Positions 21,501-33,400 are shown, counted from the whole stretch's first letter. The stretch: DNA of 63,982 bases, filler included, from Craspedostauros australis (GCA_030167865.1; 5 parts of 5 records of this genome joined end to end with filler, not necessarily neighbours in it); one strand, 5' to 3'. Made by a program: numbers and translations. The notes: generated by a model from the sequence alone, not told the origin.

Positions 21501-23560
21501 CCGATATCGTCGGCATCGATGAGAAGGGCGAGCCTGTGCCCGTGGAGGGAGCCGAAAGCACGGACACCATCCTGCGCAACGCCGGCAATCTGTGGGCAGA
21601 GCACATCCTTGAGAACGCACGCGCATACATCATGTGCTTCATCTACGTCTTCGTGACCGTCATCTCTGGATATCCGCTCGCCACGGCCATAGCCTACGGG
21701 GCCGGGTTGGATTCCTCCAGCGACTTCATGTACCTCATCCGACTGGTCGACGCTGCCATCTACTTTTGGTTACCGCAGATCAACATCACGCTGATCCGCT
21801 TGTACCAGGGCCGCAACCTTTTGCATCGCATGGTCGGCCGCACCGTCGTGATTGGCGACATCCCGTGGGTGGCCCAATCCGCGGAGGCCTTCCTCAGCAA
21901 GATTTTCGCGTGCTCGTACAGCATCGCCGGTCTCAATGTGCTGAGTGGCAACGCCGTCGATCACTTGGTCCACCGTCACACCCATCGAGTCGTTCGCGGT
22001 GCGCTCGTGATTTGCGGACGTCCGGACGGTAGACTTTCGGCGTTGTCAACAGCAGAGGCGTCCACGTGCCTGGCCGTCAACCAAGCCAGCAGCATCCAGA
22101 GCTGGGGCGGCACATGCGAAAGCATCACGATCGGCCACAACCCCTTCAAGCTGCCGCTGACGAAGGCCGCGATCTTCCTGAAGCGTCGCCGCCCCTTGTT
22201 CCTGTGCGAGCGCATTCTGCTGGAAGCTGACATTCGCAACGTGAGCGAGAAAAGTTTGGCGACCAGCCTTGATGCCACCGACCATGGTTCCACCTCTGCA
22301 TGGTTCTCAACCAAACGGAGATCATCCAGCATGGGAGATTCGGAGACCGTGCGCGGACGCATCTCCAAGGTGATTGGTCGCAAGTCGCTACTCTCCGGCT
22401 CAAAGCGTGTCCTCGAAGACAGGGCCGAGTTGCACAACAACAGCATCCACCCTGGAGCGATGAAGAAGCGTTCTGCCGTCGCACTCTTGGGAGCTTACAG
22501 CAACCTCGAGGATGGATCAGGCAAAAAGAAGAATCTTCGTAACAGCATGAGCATCGGTGACAATGATGACGCAAACGAACCGTCACAATCGCTTCACATG
22601 GCAAGCCTGTCACTCAGCAAGCATCAGAACATCGTGCTCGGGCACACCACTGGAAGCCGCATCCGCTCACTCCAACGTCCTTCCATCGGACACCCACCCG
22701 CTTCCACCACCCTGTTGACTTCTCAGGAAGAAGTTTCCACGTTGAGGGACGGTGTTGATCTTGACTTTGTCCTCCGAAAGATCAGGCAGAAGAAGAAATA
22801 CTCAGATCAGCTGCAGAAACTCTTCAGCGCTCTCGATGTCGACAAGAAGGGCTTCCTCGAGGAGAGCGATTTCTTGCAACTCCCAAAGCACATCAACATC
22901 AAGCTTGCGGAGGAGCGGCTCCACGAGATCTTCAAGGAGGCCGACGAAGATAAGACCGGCAAGATGGACTACAGCGAGATGGTCACCATCCTTGCGAAGT
23001 ACAACATTGGCGACGATGCGCTCATTCTACCTCCCAGCAACCGCGACGAAACCGGCATCATTCGTATCGAAGCCAGCAAGGAGAGGTACTTTGGATTCAA
23101 TCTGCGCAAATTCAATGCGGGCAAATCCAAGGACACCGTCGACTTTTCCGTGGCCAAGAGCCAGCACTTCGCTCAAGAGCTGTACGAGACGAGGATCGCA
23201 TCGTTGCAACGCTTCGTTGCCATGACAGTCATGTTCCATCAGATGGGCAAGAGAGTGCAGAAGTTCTTTGAGATCATCTCCTTCGGATGGTGGGGGTACC
23301 GTATGGATCGAACGCATAGCATCATGCGCATTGCAACGACTGCATCCCCCGTGAGCGGAGCGGATGTTCGCGAGCAGATGAAGTACATCCGGTTGGAGAA
23401 GAAGCTCCAGAAATCGATCAACACGATATCTGGGGCGTACTTGCGCCACAAGGACAGGAAGGAAGCAGCCCGCATCAAGGGTTTGGAGAAAAAGGCCATG
23501 AGGGTAATGGACGATGAAGACAAACATCTTGACCAACCGAACATCCCCACAAGAAAATAG
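18560..23560 (+). CDS. Multidomain membrane protein: HExxH membrane module + class II (Ntn) glutamine amidotransferase + GlmS-like SIS domains + TM pair + two EF-hands
   Basis: 1666-aa ORF. HEVSH at aa 31-35 inside a hydrophobic helix. GATase-II motifs CGNFG (Cys182), RGAQSGG, GHTRFAT, HPH and HNGDF. SIS motifs LLTGCEVS and VSQSGGT. Two TM helices at about 21620-21805. EF loops DVDKKGFLEESD and DEDKTGKMDYSE. Confidence 0.85.
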   Translation: MTSLPKTSSPSKMKTFRANLLLSYILLGALHEVSHIIAAIIAATPSNTSSQIWGAIVAANGGSICRLLFHIGIQRQVNIPTILDERCMFWIRHTGWIFSTALFITLAHWFARTSASSDDRKLRNPHHKAQSTILQALVTNNSAVYAAAIVAIEAVSTDLLGFHPLLPLISDPSVATALPFFCGNFGVILLHHNWLSHNHGEAALEVLERMVRVTMMRGAQSGGVVTYYPSTATSSSNTGNAQKTPGDLVGIRCRVVNKKRTNLSKLVRAKVDKDILDKPNRFPGSGFVPVMSGHTRFATTSISTLDGTHPHIWTPPTMRRVYDMTKSIRAYAKEGPVANRRVENYITHNGDFDFYSVKGINYDLDVVQAWLQSVTHAPMPSTVDSCAVAGMVDVLRTQGCFGLSARYALALGLPNSVISDSQSNGFPEYKFFEQVGIIFEKSLKEYVSNDDTMMDLDTDVGRNDLAQNICEKIKKDDAVLGVLLDFVEPDDINNTKQIQMMADGGNDDDGNRLATLTDFCRATIGAFFDNDLFYTTKTFLSSAKGSFGLVVSSSLDARRQICIAAQGQSMSIAFYPSKGLICFGSEQAAVKSGLNTRLPGDRSLESSTRDVDLDSLRLDLDDLGGEIVLLDWKAKVDRETRPKRTAAVIPSRFEDSHGSSNDGNSSHILSMPNRHLARHSMLNGDVTLVTFRLDKSVGQADTLVQLFHRMTALSRNALIKPLKDDCEDPILEDINEIPAVCRKIQDEFQVSKAHTSLNRLAAYNLSSCLRHRLKAKLEGKSSGSIDILLTGCEVSLWLAEQFGSDLQKAFPKLKIQSVSSNKLLGLFGQEISLPSFGFPYSPQTQDLSDTIIIIVSQSGGTFAPLNCSNLLQGSTDNLFVVTSEWDTQIGKQLRSIDGSNGVSLESALKHRIFTTEVGMRPAEPSSISVVATHQLLTNLLEYLSAVILSDNRYRRITGTRMTEQDLQILERCNQSNVSALADIVGIDEKGEPVPVEGAESTDTILRNAGNLWAEHILENARAYIMCFIYVFVTVISGYPLATAIAYGAGLDSSSDFMYLIRLVDAAIYFWLPQINITLIRLYQGRNLLHRMVGRTVVIGDIPWVAQSAEAFLSKIFACSYSIAGLNVLSGNAVDHLVHRHTHRVVRGALVICGRPDGRLSALSTAEASTCLAVNQASSIQSWGGTCESITIGHNPFKLPLTKAAIFLKRRRPLFLCERILLEADIRNVSEKSLATSLDATDHGSTSAWFSTKRRSSSMGDSETVRGRISKVIGRKSLLSGSKRVLEDRAELHNNSIHPGAMKKRSAVALLGAYSNLEDGSGKKKNLRNSMSIGDNDDANEPSQSLHMASLSLSKHQNIVLGHTTGSRIRSLQRPSIGHPPASTTLLTSQEEVSTLRDGVDLDFVLRKIRQKKKYSDQLQKLFSALDVDKKGFLEESDFLQLPKHINIKLAEERLHEIFKEADEDKTGKMDYSEMVTILAKYNIGDDALILPPSNRDETGIIRIEASKERYFGFNLRKFNAGKSKDTVDFSVAKSQHFAQELYETRIASLQRFVAMTVMFHQMGKRVQKFFEIISFGWWGYRMDRTHSIMRIATTASPVSGADVREQMKYIRLEKKLQKSINTISGAYLRHKDRKEAARIKGLEKKAMRVMDDEDKHLDQPNIPTRK

Positions 23561-24101
23561 TAATCGGGCCCGGCGCCTGCACCGATAAACAGAGTTATGC
23601 AACAACGGGACAGCATGTCCTTGGTAAAGCGAGGATTGAGCAGGGAGCCTGTGATGCATTCGCTTGCTGCATCAGGCTGAGGTCATCTTCTCAGGGAGAG
23701 ACGGCAACGCCAGAAGTGGCCAACCTCGTTCTTGCCGAGCATGTATGTTAGCTTTCCTCCAGCTGCGGCAGATTTTGCAGAGACCCAGGGAATTCTAGTC
23801 TGCAGACTATCGCAACGCACAATTGCCTTCCGACGACCCCAAGATCGCGGAACCTCGAAATCTATTTCGTCGAGCTACGAGTAATGCGTGGTGAAATTCC
23901 GATAACAACCATTATACTGTAGAACATTATAGAATATAGAATAAAATATAATATTGTTCATGCGATGTCTCTAAACCATGTTGACCTTGTGATCGTTGGA
24001 GCTGCTGTGCCCCACTCACACTCGCATCTCCGCCTCCATTGCCGTGTCCTTAGTCGCCTTAGTCGCCATTGCTGCCGCTGCTGCTACCGCTACCTCCGTC
24101 G

Positions 24102-27100
24102 CTATTTCCGCCACTGCCTTCTCTTGTACGGCGCCGACATCTGCTCCACGATATCGCGCCCCTTCTTGGCCCATTCACGCCGATTCTCCATGGCATAGTT
24201 GAGACATTCATCCGAGCTGACACCAAACACGCCGCACTCCTTCAATTTCTTCGCCAGCGGGATGATGTAGTTGTCGTAGAACTTGAGCTCGCCTTCGTAC
24301 CAGCTTTGGGACGGATTTTTCTGGGATCGTCCGGAGATATGCGCATGCATCATCTCGTGGAACAGCCGCTCGTTCCATTTCTGGTAGACGTGCCAATGCT
24401 GCATAGTATGGGCTACATCCGAGGCCTGGATGAGATGCTCAATGACGATCGTGGCCTTCCTGTTTGTGTCGACGGTTTTGCTGGAGTCTGTACTGCTGTT
24501 GCTGCTAAAGGCTCTCTCCCACCGATTCTTTCGCAGCGTGCTGAGCTCGGCGTCAAAGATGTCCGTGGCCAGAACGGAGTTGACCATGAGTTGCCGGAAT
24601 CTCTTGAGCTCGTGCGCGTCCGTGTAGATGCAGTTCCTCAGACTGTCAAACTTCGGTTGCATGAGTATGTCCCATGCCAATTCGATGGAGTTTTGTTCTG
24701 CCACGCTCTTGTTCTTGAACCGCTTCGCAAGGCGTTCATTCTCAGCAAGGAGGAGGAAGTTGGGGACCCCAACATGATCCACATCATGGATGAGAGCTGA
24801 GAGGACGACAGCGAACTGTGTGAGTGGGTCCGACGTGATGCCGTATGTGTGGTCATGGAGGCATTGCGCGCGGTCCTGGCCATCCTCTTCGATGTCTGGT
24901 GCCACTATTCTGGAAAGAAGCTTCGTGACTGACATAGTGACGTGCGATGCGTGCTCGAAGTTGTGGAAGGAGTTGTTGCGGTACATCGAGGCGATTGTTC
25001 CCACGTAGAGTTCGAGTTGAGCGTGGACCTCATCGCTGATGACGGCCGGAGCGATGTTCTTGAAAGACTTGATCGAGTTGCGGTTCTTTGAAAATCCTGG
25101 GAGACTCACGAACTCTACGACCTCATTCAAGGGGTAGCTCCTTTGACAGATCATCTCCTCCGTGTTGGCGAGGGACCCATCAACGGAACGATTCGTGGAA
25201 GTCGGCTGGCGCTTCTCGATCATCACCAGCAACAATCTGGCAAGGATGTCGACGTTCCATTTAACCAAACGTTGCTGTTTGGGTGTGCTTTGGAGGTATC
25301 TTGGGAGCTTGTCCATCGCGCTCTGGGACTGTCTCAAGATGGGCGGTGTAGATGGAAGGCTAACGGCAGCTGGGCTGCTCTGTTGGCATGCCGTCATGCC
25401 ATGACCCGACGCACCGGGGATGTTTGATTGTTGGTCTGCGCCAGCCGTGCTCGTGGCTTCGGTGATGGAATCTCCGGTTCTCTCCGCCGTGTCCTTGGAT
25501 TGAAGCCAGAAAGTTGTAATGGCCCCCTTGCCTTTGGCAACAACGGTCTCGTCTCGCGGCATGATCCAGGCCTTCTTACCTGCAGCGATGAGCAGATTGG
25601 CTGTGCTTTCCGACAGGTGGATGCGACCGCGCGCACCGGTGGCCTCGACTCGAGCTGCTGTGTTGACGGTATCGCCGAACAGCTGGAATCTGGACTTGTC
25701 GCCGCGGAGGACTCCAGCTGTGACTGGTCCCGAGTGCAGGCCCATTCTCATCATGAGGTCGCCGGTGTCAGGTCCCAACGTCACTTCGAGCATCTTCGAC
25801 AGCTCGTTCATCTTCTTCATGCAATCGTTGGCAAAGCGTGCCATGATGACGGCATGGTCATCCCTTGGTTCTGGAAGTCCAGCCACGGCGACGTAGCAGT
25901 CCCCGATCGTCTCGACTTTGAAGACTCCGCGCTTGTTCGCGATCGTGTCGAATGCGCGGTACACGGTCTCAAGAAGCATGAAGACCTGCGTCGGTTCACG
26001 GACGGAGCTCCACGCCGTGAATTTTACGATGTCGGAGAAGAGGACTGTTGTGTTGGGGAAGAGATCCGCGATGGGCTTGGTTTCGTAGAACACGCCATCC
26101 AACGACGGGGTCGGTGAGGTGCTTGTCTCATGAAAGAGCTGGCGGTTGGGGTCGACGGGGCCCTTCGACTGGAGCTTGCCTTGCGTGTGCAGGTTGATGG
26201 CGCCATCGTGCGGCTCGGATGTCATCATCTGCTCCTTCTCCTGCATCAGCCGTTCCCGGACCTTTGCTGGGAAGAGGGAGGAAACGATGGCGTTGGATTT
26301 GACGGCTGCATTTTGGACCTTGCTTTGGCGTCGTTGTACCAAGAAGTCGTACCCAAGGAACACGGCCATGGTGAAGATGAACAAGGCCGCGACGGCAGTA
26401 GCTAGGAACACTGGCGTATCCGTGCGATACGATTTCTCCATCTCCTCCGATGGGTACAGATTCAGCGTGTAGATGCAGGTCTTGCCGCCCACGGTGGTCC
26501 GCTCCGTCTCTAGCAGCTGCTCATCGGTGAAGGTGGTCACATGCCCCATGTCGGTGTACTCCTCGGAATGAAAGTCGCCCAAGCCGAGATAAGACACGTT
26601 GGGGCCATCAATCTGGAAGGAGAATCTATCGCCGCAGGAGCTTCCGAGCACTGCGATGATACCCTTGGAGTTTTCCTGGATGACGTTCGTGAAGTAAAGC
26701 TCCCAGGGGATGACGGCGACGAGCATTCCCACGACTTGCTTGCCAGCATCGTGAAATCGATCGAAGACTGGCTCGACAAGGATGCTCTTTGGGTGTATCA
26801 CGACAATTTTGTCTTTGTCTTTACCCAGGGCTTCGAGGCCAAAGATGGTCGTTGGATCCGAAACCTCCGACAACGCCGGGCGCTGCGTTTGTTTGGACGC
26901 CTCGAAGACATCGGCTATGACGTCGTAAGAGCAGAGATCCGAATTGATGAAGTTCTCGCTCCGAGGTGGTGGGCTTTGCTGCCACAGAGGACAGTGAGTC
27001 TCCCTTGGAGGAGAATCGACGAAACGACCTTCATTCTTCACGTCAAAGATAGACTCATGGATAGGTGTCGGGGTCATTTCTCTGCTCTTCGTGTCATTCT

Positions 27101-27984
27101 CGAGGTCAAGCGACTCCTGGATCCAGCCTTGATTGTTCACCGAGTAGTCGGACCATCGGCTGAGCTGGTCGAGATTGACGGTTGGCGCGAATCCAACCAT
27201 GAGAGCACCTGAGACGTGTCTGTAGTTGCGTCCCCGGATTTCGAAGTGCGGGATCGTCACGAAGGGGAACGTCGTGTTGCTGGTCTTGCTCAGATCGTAA
27301 GACGTGACGGAGTCTCCAAGGCCTGCAATCAGATCCAGCGCATTCTGGAGGTTTTGCTTCGTGACATACTCGATTTCGTTGGCGTAGTCGTGGAACTAAA
27401 CATAAGTGTCAGTACGGGTATGAGAGCGAGTACAAGGGTGGTACATCGCGGTGGGACGTGATGTCGCAGAGTGGAGAACGCATCAGGAGCGCGGTCATGG
27501 AATGCGAGTGTGCGGCATCGTGAGTGAGTGAAGTGCGATGGTGACGAATGAAAAAGAGGATGGAGATGGACGTACGGATTCATGCAGCATCGTGGAATGA
27601 TGGCCGAAGGATACCGGCGCTTACCTGAAGTTCGAAATCGGATGTCTCCGCCTCCCTGGCGAAGTGGAAAGCGAGGCCGCTGGCGATGCCGGCAGATACG
27701 AGCAGCAACGAGAGCATGCATATCTTGGACCAAAACACTGCCCTGGCTTCCTCTGCTGCAATTTCGGTTTCCTTGGCCGAACGCGGTTGCTTCTTTGCAC
27801 CACCGCGCTGTGAAGACGCGGAACTGCTCCATCCGATTGAATTCCCAGTGGCGGATTGCTCGTCGGAGATGCCGCTGACTGACTGGCTCAGCGCTCCATC
27901 GCTGCTGTCTTTATCGCTGTCGTCGCCATACTTTCCGACGGCACTGCCGTTGCTCGCGGTCGATTGCGTCGTGTAGCCGACCAT
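24102..27984 (-). CDS. Receptor-type nucleotide (guanylate/adenylate) cyclase fused to a cyclic-nucleotide phosphodiesterase, two exons (~1217 aa)
   Basis: Exon 1 27984-27625 contains TM1. Intron 27624-27396 (GTAAGC...TTTAG), phase 0. Exon 2 27395-24102 encodes an extracellular domain and TM2, then the class III cyclase (VLFSDIVKFT, KVETIGDCY, RMGLHSGPV, RFQLFGDTVNTAAR) and the PDE (FHNFEHA, IHDVDH, LATDI, IQASDVAH). Confidence 0.92.
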
Positions 27985-28692
27985 TGTTGGATCGGTGGTC
28001 TCAGTTGCACCTGCAGTTGCGGTTGCAATTACCTTTGTCAAAGTGCAGGGATGAACACGAACACGGGTAGACGATGCCGGACGGAAGGGTGAAGATGACC
28101 GCTACGGTGTTGCTGGAAACGGCGAGTTCGAAAGTGTGCACAGTCGACTGTTGGAGGATGATGCCAACCGTTGACCCAAACACGGAGGCCAGAGTGAGCT
28201 GATGATCTTTTGCTCTGTTTTGACAAGCCAGAGCACCAACTGATTGTGTTGCAGCGGTGCAGAACGGAGCAGGGCAGAGTAGAACCGATGGAGAGAGAAC
28301 TGCTGCATGTGAGAAAGCTGAAGGTAGGCACGGCTTCACCATTGGGGGCAGCCGCCACGAGCATCTTGCAACCGCTGAAGGATGAGCAGGTTGGGCATCG
28401 GCTTCCACGCACGTACTGTATCCACAATCGATAAAAGCGGGGAAAGCGAAAGCCAGATACCGCTGTACTCTCTCACCGACGTACCTTCTGCTTCTTGCCG
28501 CTCTGTCTTCGTCACCGTCTCTGCCTTTGTGTCAACGAGGAATGGGAGTGGAGCAACGATTGGTGTACTTTGTCCTTTTATGAGTGGGAACACTCGAGGG
28601 ATGGGTATGAGATAGAGGGGACAACAAGAGATTGCGGAGCGATGCAATTTATGTGACTGGGTTGGCGCGTACAATGAGCGCAGATGACTTGT

Positions 28693-28792
28693 NNNNNNNN
28701 NNNNNNNNNNNNNNNNNNNNNNNNNNNNNNNNNNNNTTAATTAATTAANNNNNNNNNNNNNNNNNNNNNNNNNNNNNNNNNNNNNNNNNNNN
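28693..28792. other. Assembly gap with artificial TTAATTAATTAA linker
   Basis: N44-TTAATTAATTAA-N44, with the same structure at four sites. Confidence 0.95.
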
Positions 28793-29502
28793 CGAAGGCA
28801 TGCAATGGCTCATGCTGCCGTGGTGGTAGTGCTTGCACCGTTCAACCTGCTAATGGTGGTGTCATGACAGTGAGCTCAGGTTCATGTACCGAGTCTCAGG
28901 CATGCGGACGCACACGTCCCAACGCAATCATACTTGACAGCTGCAAGGGACCATCTTCTTGCCGCGAGTTGGGCGCTTTCTCAGTTCAGCCAGCTGCTGG
29001 TGTCGAAGTCGGACACAGTGTGATTGGGCCAAGAGCTTGTGTTGGATCGCTGAGTTGTGCATTTATGGGGGTTCATACCTTTGGCGATATACGAGTTGAA
29101 GAAGGAGCATGTGATGCATTAGAGGCATGCGCGAACCTTGCGCAGAAGGGCATCCAAGGGTCTACAACCACGACACCGGTCGTGGTAAGCGTCTTCATTG
29201 GAAAGAATGCGTGCCAAAGGAATTCCGCTTGTCGGCGTTTACATAGCTCAAATACCAAAATTCGAGGAAGCGTGATCATCGAAGACGGTGCGTGCTCGGG
29301 TGCCAACACGTGCAGTCTTCTTGGCCTCAGCGACAGTGCAACCAATGACATCATCATCAGAGCAGGAGTCTGTACTAGTTTAACAGCCCGCTGTACCAAT
29401 TGCGCCCGAGGACCATTGTGCGCGTCAGCCGACGAGACGTATGTAATCGACAACGCCGCAGACTGCCCTGGACCAGTCCCATCTGCCTGCGAAGTCGTAT
29501 AA
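28793..29502 (+). CDS. 5'-truncated cysteine-rich repeat protein, probably secreted or cell-surface
   Basis: The frame is open from the gap (KACNGSCCRGGSAC...) to TAA at 29502. Repeated unit [IV]xxG[AS]CxxxxxC at ~25-30 aa spacing. Confidence 0.75.
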
Positions 29503-30456
29503 TCATCACATACGCAACCACACATACCAGCATGCTCTAATTCGTACTCTACCATCATTTTCCTATTTTGTGCTGGCAAAGCAGCGTAGATCGTACTATG
29601 CCTTCGCTTGAGGGAGTGCATTGTCAGGGAAACAACAGGTCTGACATTGTGCATGGAGGATGCATGTGTACTCCTGTATCTGGAAGCATGATGATCATTG
29701 AAACAAAAATCATGCCAGGGGACTACTGCGTTCTGCTCAGTTGGATTGGGTTTGCCAGTCAGCAGCATTCCCACCAAAAGAGGACTTTGCGTTGGCCTGT
29801 CCACATGTGCGAGCTGCGCACAGGGAAAGATATAGTACGCAATGGAAATCTGAAGCAGACGTACCATACTCGTACGCCGTTGACAACGTATTCTAACAGA
29901 TGAGGTTCTTCAAGAGTGCGGTCCGACATTCGCCTCCTGTAGCGTAACACCACCACAAACCGGAAAGTCACAAGGCGACGAATGCAAATCTTGCAACAAA
30001 CGCCAGTTGTTGTCAACATCCATACCTTAACTTCAGGGTTATTGTACGTGCGCAATACAAGCAAGAAACACCGAAAAAGACAATTTGCAGACTGGTGCCA
30101 ACAAAGACGTGCGAGGCTTGCACAGGCATGACGTATGAGTAGATTTTCGTCGAAGTCAAGGCATGTGTGCAGTTCCTGAGTGGGGGAACTGGCTCTTCGC
30201 AGTGCAATGGAAGCCATACCAACGCGGACATGTTGATCAATGTGCGTATTTACGTAGCTCGTACGAGCAGAGAGACAGTGTGAGGACAGATAGGAGCACG
30301 TTGTTTTACAGTATGTATATGCCATGTTGGCCAATCTAATATCCTATTCACAATGGACAGAGGATCGTCATCTCCTCCCTCCAGTTCATGATGGGACGAT
30401 TCTGGAGCCGACAGCAACGCTTTCGCCTTCGTTGTTAGCCAAGCCAAGGAGAGGTA

Positions 30457-33400
30457 CTATGGAGACGGTGATTGTTGCTGCTGCTTGGGAGTTGGCGGAG
30501 CAGGTACTGCACCATGTCCTTGATTCTCATCCAACGGAACATGCACTGAGTGTTGCTGCGGCTGCTCCTGCCGCAGTTGCGATTCGTAAAGTTGGTTTGC
30601 GTGGGCATGTTGCATGGCAAAGTTCCTTCCATCGCCATGTTCGTAGTTGTGCTGTGGTGATGGCATCACCTGCTGGCGGTGGTATGTGTAGCCGTACTGT
30701 TCGTCATGCTGACGATGGTCGTATTCGCTATGGTAGTACCGCACCTGGTTCGGCTGGACGGTGACGACGTCGCTGTCGTTGGCTGTGCAGGCAGGTGGTT
30801 GAGCACAGGAGATCAGCCGCTGCTGTGGCATTGGCACGGCCGTGTTTTCGGGAATGGCATTGCGATCCAGACCGCACGCTGACTTCTCCAATTCCTCTCC
30901 AAGGAAGATGAGCAGATCGTCTTGGCGTTCTGGCACTTGCTTCGATGTTGCGTCGAGGTCGCGGTCCAGCACTCCCATCATGCCACCGACTTCATTTTCG
31001 GAGAGCCCAAAGTTTGGAAGGTTATTCGCGATGGATTGGAGGTATGTGTAGGATGATGTGAAGAAGTTGGAATCATCGCTGTTCGTATTGGAATTGCTTG
31101 TGACATCGTTTGCCTTCACCTCATCTTGTTTCAGTTGCTGCTGAGGGTTTTTTTTTGTTGCGGTTTCACCATCGTTCCTTGAGACAGTCTCCGTGATGGT
31201 CGTTGTTGTGGTCGACGTTGCGCCCGCCATGGTCGCTGCGAACCACCCTTGCATCTCCTGTTGCTGGCTGGTGAAGAAGGTGCGTGCCAGCGGATGGAAC
31301 TGAGATGCTGTTGGTGGTTGTGTCGATGCAGCCGTCGTGCGAGTGCTCATGTTCGGGTTTGATGCGATCATGATTGGTGTGGCGGGATCTGAACGCATCC
31401 AAGGGACGATACCGTTGCTAGGGTCCGTTGCCATCGATGTGGAAATGTTGTGGTGCTGCTTGTGCGGCATTTGGACCGATGTCATCGCAGTTGTCGACTT
31501 CGAAGCTGACGATATCATCATGCTGTCTTTGGTGGCGGAAGTGGTGGTGCTATGAGAATCCATGGTCGTTTGCCTTCCATCTCTTCCCAATCCGTCCTCC
31601 ACAAGATCCAGCAGTCGTTCTCCGATCAGTGCTGTGCTGTTCCCTGTCTCTTCTCCTGATGCCGCCGTGGGTTTCTTCTTGTCTGATGTTGTGGCGCCGG
31701 TGATTGCTGCGGCGATGGCGGTGATTGCTGCGGCGGATGTGGCCACAGCAGTAGCGGACGCTGCCGTCGATGCAGCAGACACAGTGGTTGTGTTTGAAAC
31801 GCTTTCCTTGATGGTGTGTGACGCTTGAGGTCCGTTGGTTGCATTCGTTTCGACCTTGGCAAGCCGTTCTTTGTCGGTTGCTGCATGAGATTCCACTTCT
31901 ACCGCTCTCACGCCTGTCTCTCTTTCATCAACTGATGCTGGTGCCGCTGTTTGGGTCGTCTCTTCTTGCTGCTTATGTTGCGGTGCGTCCGTCTCGCCAT
32001 CCTCCCGTGCTTCCTGGTTCTCGTCTTCCATTGATCCCTGGTCGACCACAACATCAGCTTCTGCGATCTGTGTTGTGTCGATGATCAGGTTGCCATCACC
32101 AGAGAGAGTCTCCTTCAGACGATCGAAGATGTTGATGGGTTGGTGTGTGATGGGAGATGGAGGATCCTGGCGTGGCGTGGGTGGGCCCTGGAGTGGACCG
32201 CCGACGCATTCATCTGGATCGCGACCCATCACAATATGGCCCCTGCTGTGGCTTGCGTTCGCATTTGTTGGGCTGCTCGCGTACGGTGTTGGTGTTAGGG
32301 TCAGTGTTGGCGTTGGCATGACGGATGGCTGTGGTGTGCCATCAGCTGCGCAGTCAACTGTGGATTTTTGGGAGTTGGGCAGGCCGGCCGCGCTTTGCTC
32401 CAATCCGCCATCCGACTTCAGCTCGACTTTGGGGTGAGAGTTGGTGGTGGCGTTGTTGAGGTTGGAAGTGTTTGTCTTCACGCCTGCGCTATCTTCAATC
32501 CAGAGGTCCAGATCTCCGCGATGCTCGGACGGTTCCAATCCATGGGCTCTTGATTTCTGGTCTGTGGGAGTGGTTGTTGAAGGCGCTGTACGTGTGCCAT
32601 CAGGACCGGACGTCACCGCATTCATGTCCTTACTGATATCATCGATGCCATGGACTGGCGTGTCTGTGACATCAAAAGCGGTCATTGCGGCAACATTACC
32701 GGTCACCGCCACGGCAGCAGCAGCACCGGCTCCAACGCAAGCAGAGAGTACATTGTTGGTGACAGCTGTTGGTTGGTCAAGTCTGGTGCTCTCCATGCCG
32801 ACGTCCGAAGCCTTGGTGGTGGTGGTGGTGACCGTGTGTGTATCCGTGTTGGACCCGTCTGTATTGTGCGTTATCACGATCGCGTCGCTGCTGCTGCGGC
32901 TGTCGCTGATGGGATCGACCTGGGCAACGTCTCCTGTCTTGTTGCTGACAACCGGTGTTTTCATGCAAACAGATTCAGTTGGGATAACGGCACGATGGAG
33001 GCGAATGTTGGAGTTTTTCATCCTGTGGACCATGCTGGTGCTGTTCATTCTGGGTCCGGCCATTCCCGTTGTGCGCATGGACGGTGTCTTGGAAGTGTGT
33101 GTTGTTCGAGTGGTCTCGGCACTCAGGATGCTCGCACTGTCGGAGAGCCTCCAGTTCGTCGAGTCTCTCCACGAGTCGACAGTCTCCTCGTCTGGGTGGA
33201 AGTCGTTCTGTTCGAACGGCAGGCCGTGGCGCATTCGAATCGGCGGTCGATGAAGCGATTCAGCAGACAGACTGTCAGTGAGCATCTCAGGAGTCTTGGC
33301 AGCGGATGATGCATGAGGATGTGCATTCGTGGCCGTTGGTGCGAGAGTGGAGACGGGTGCTTGTCTTGGTGTAGCAAAATCGTTGGAGTTCGCCACACTG

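Noticed and set aside
28737..28748. TTAATTAATTAA palindrome as a piggyBac target or regulatory site
   Set aside because: It is embedded in Ns identically at four places, so it is an artificial linker.
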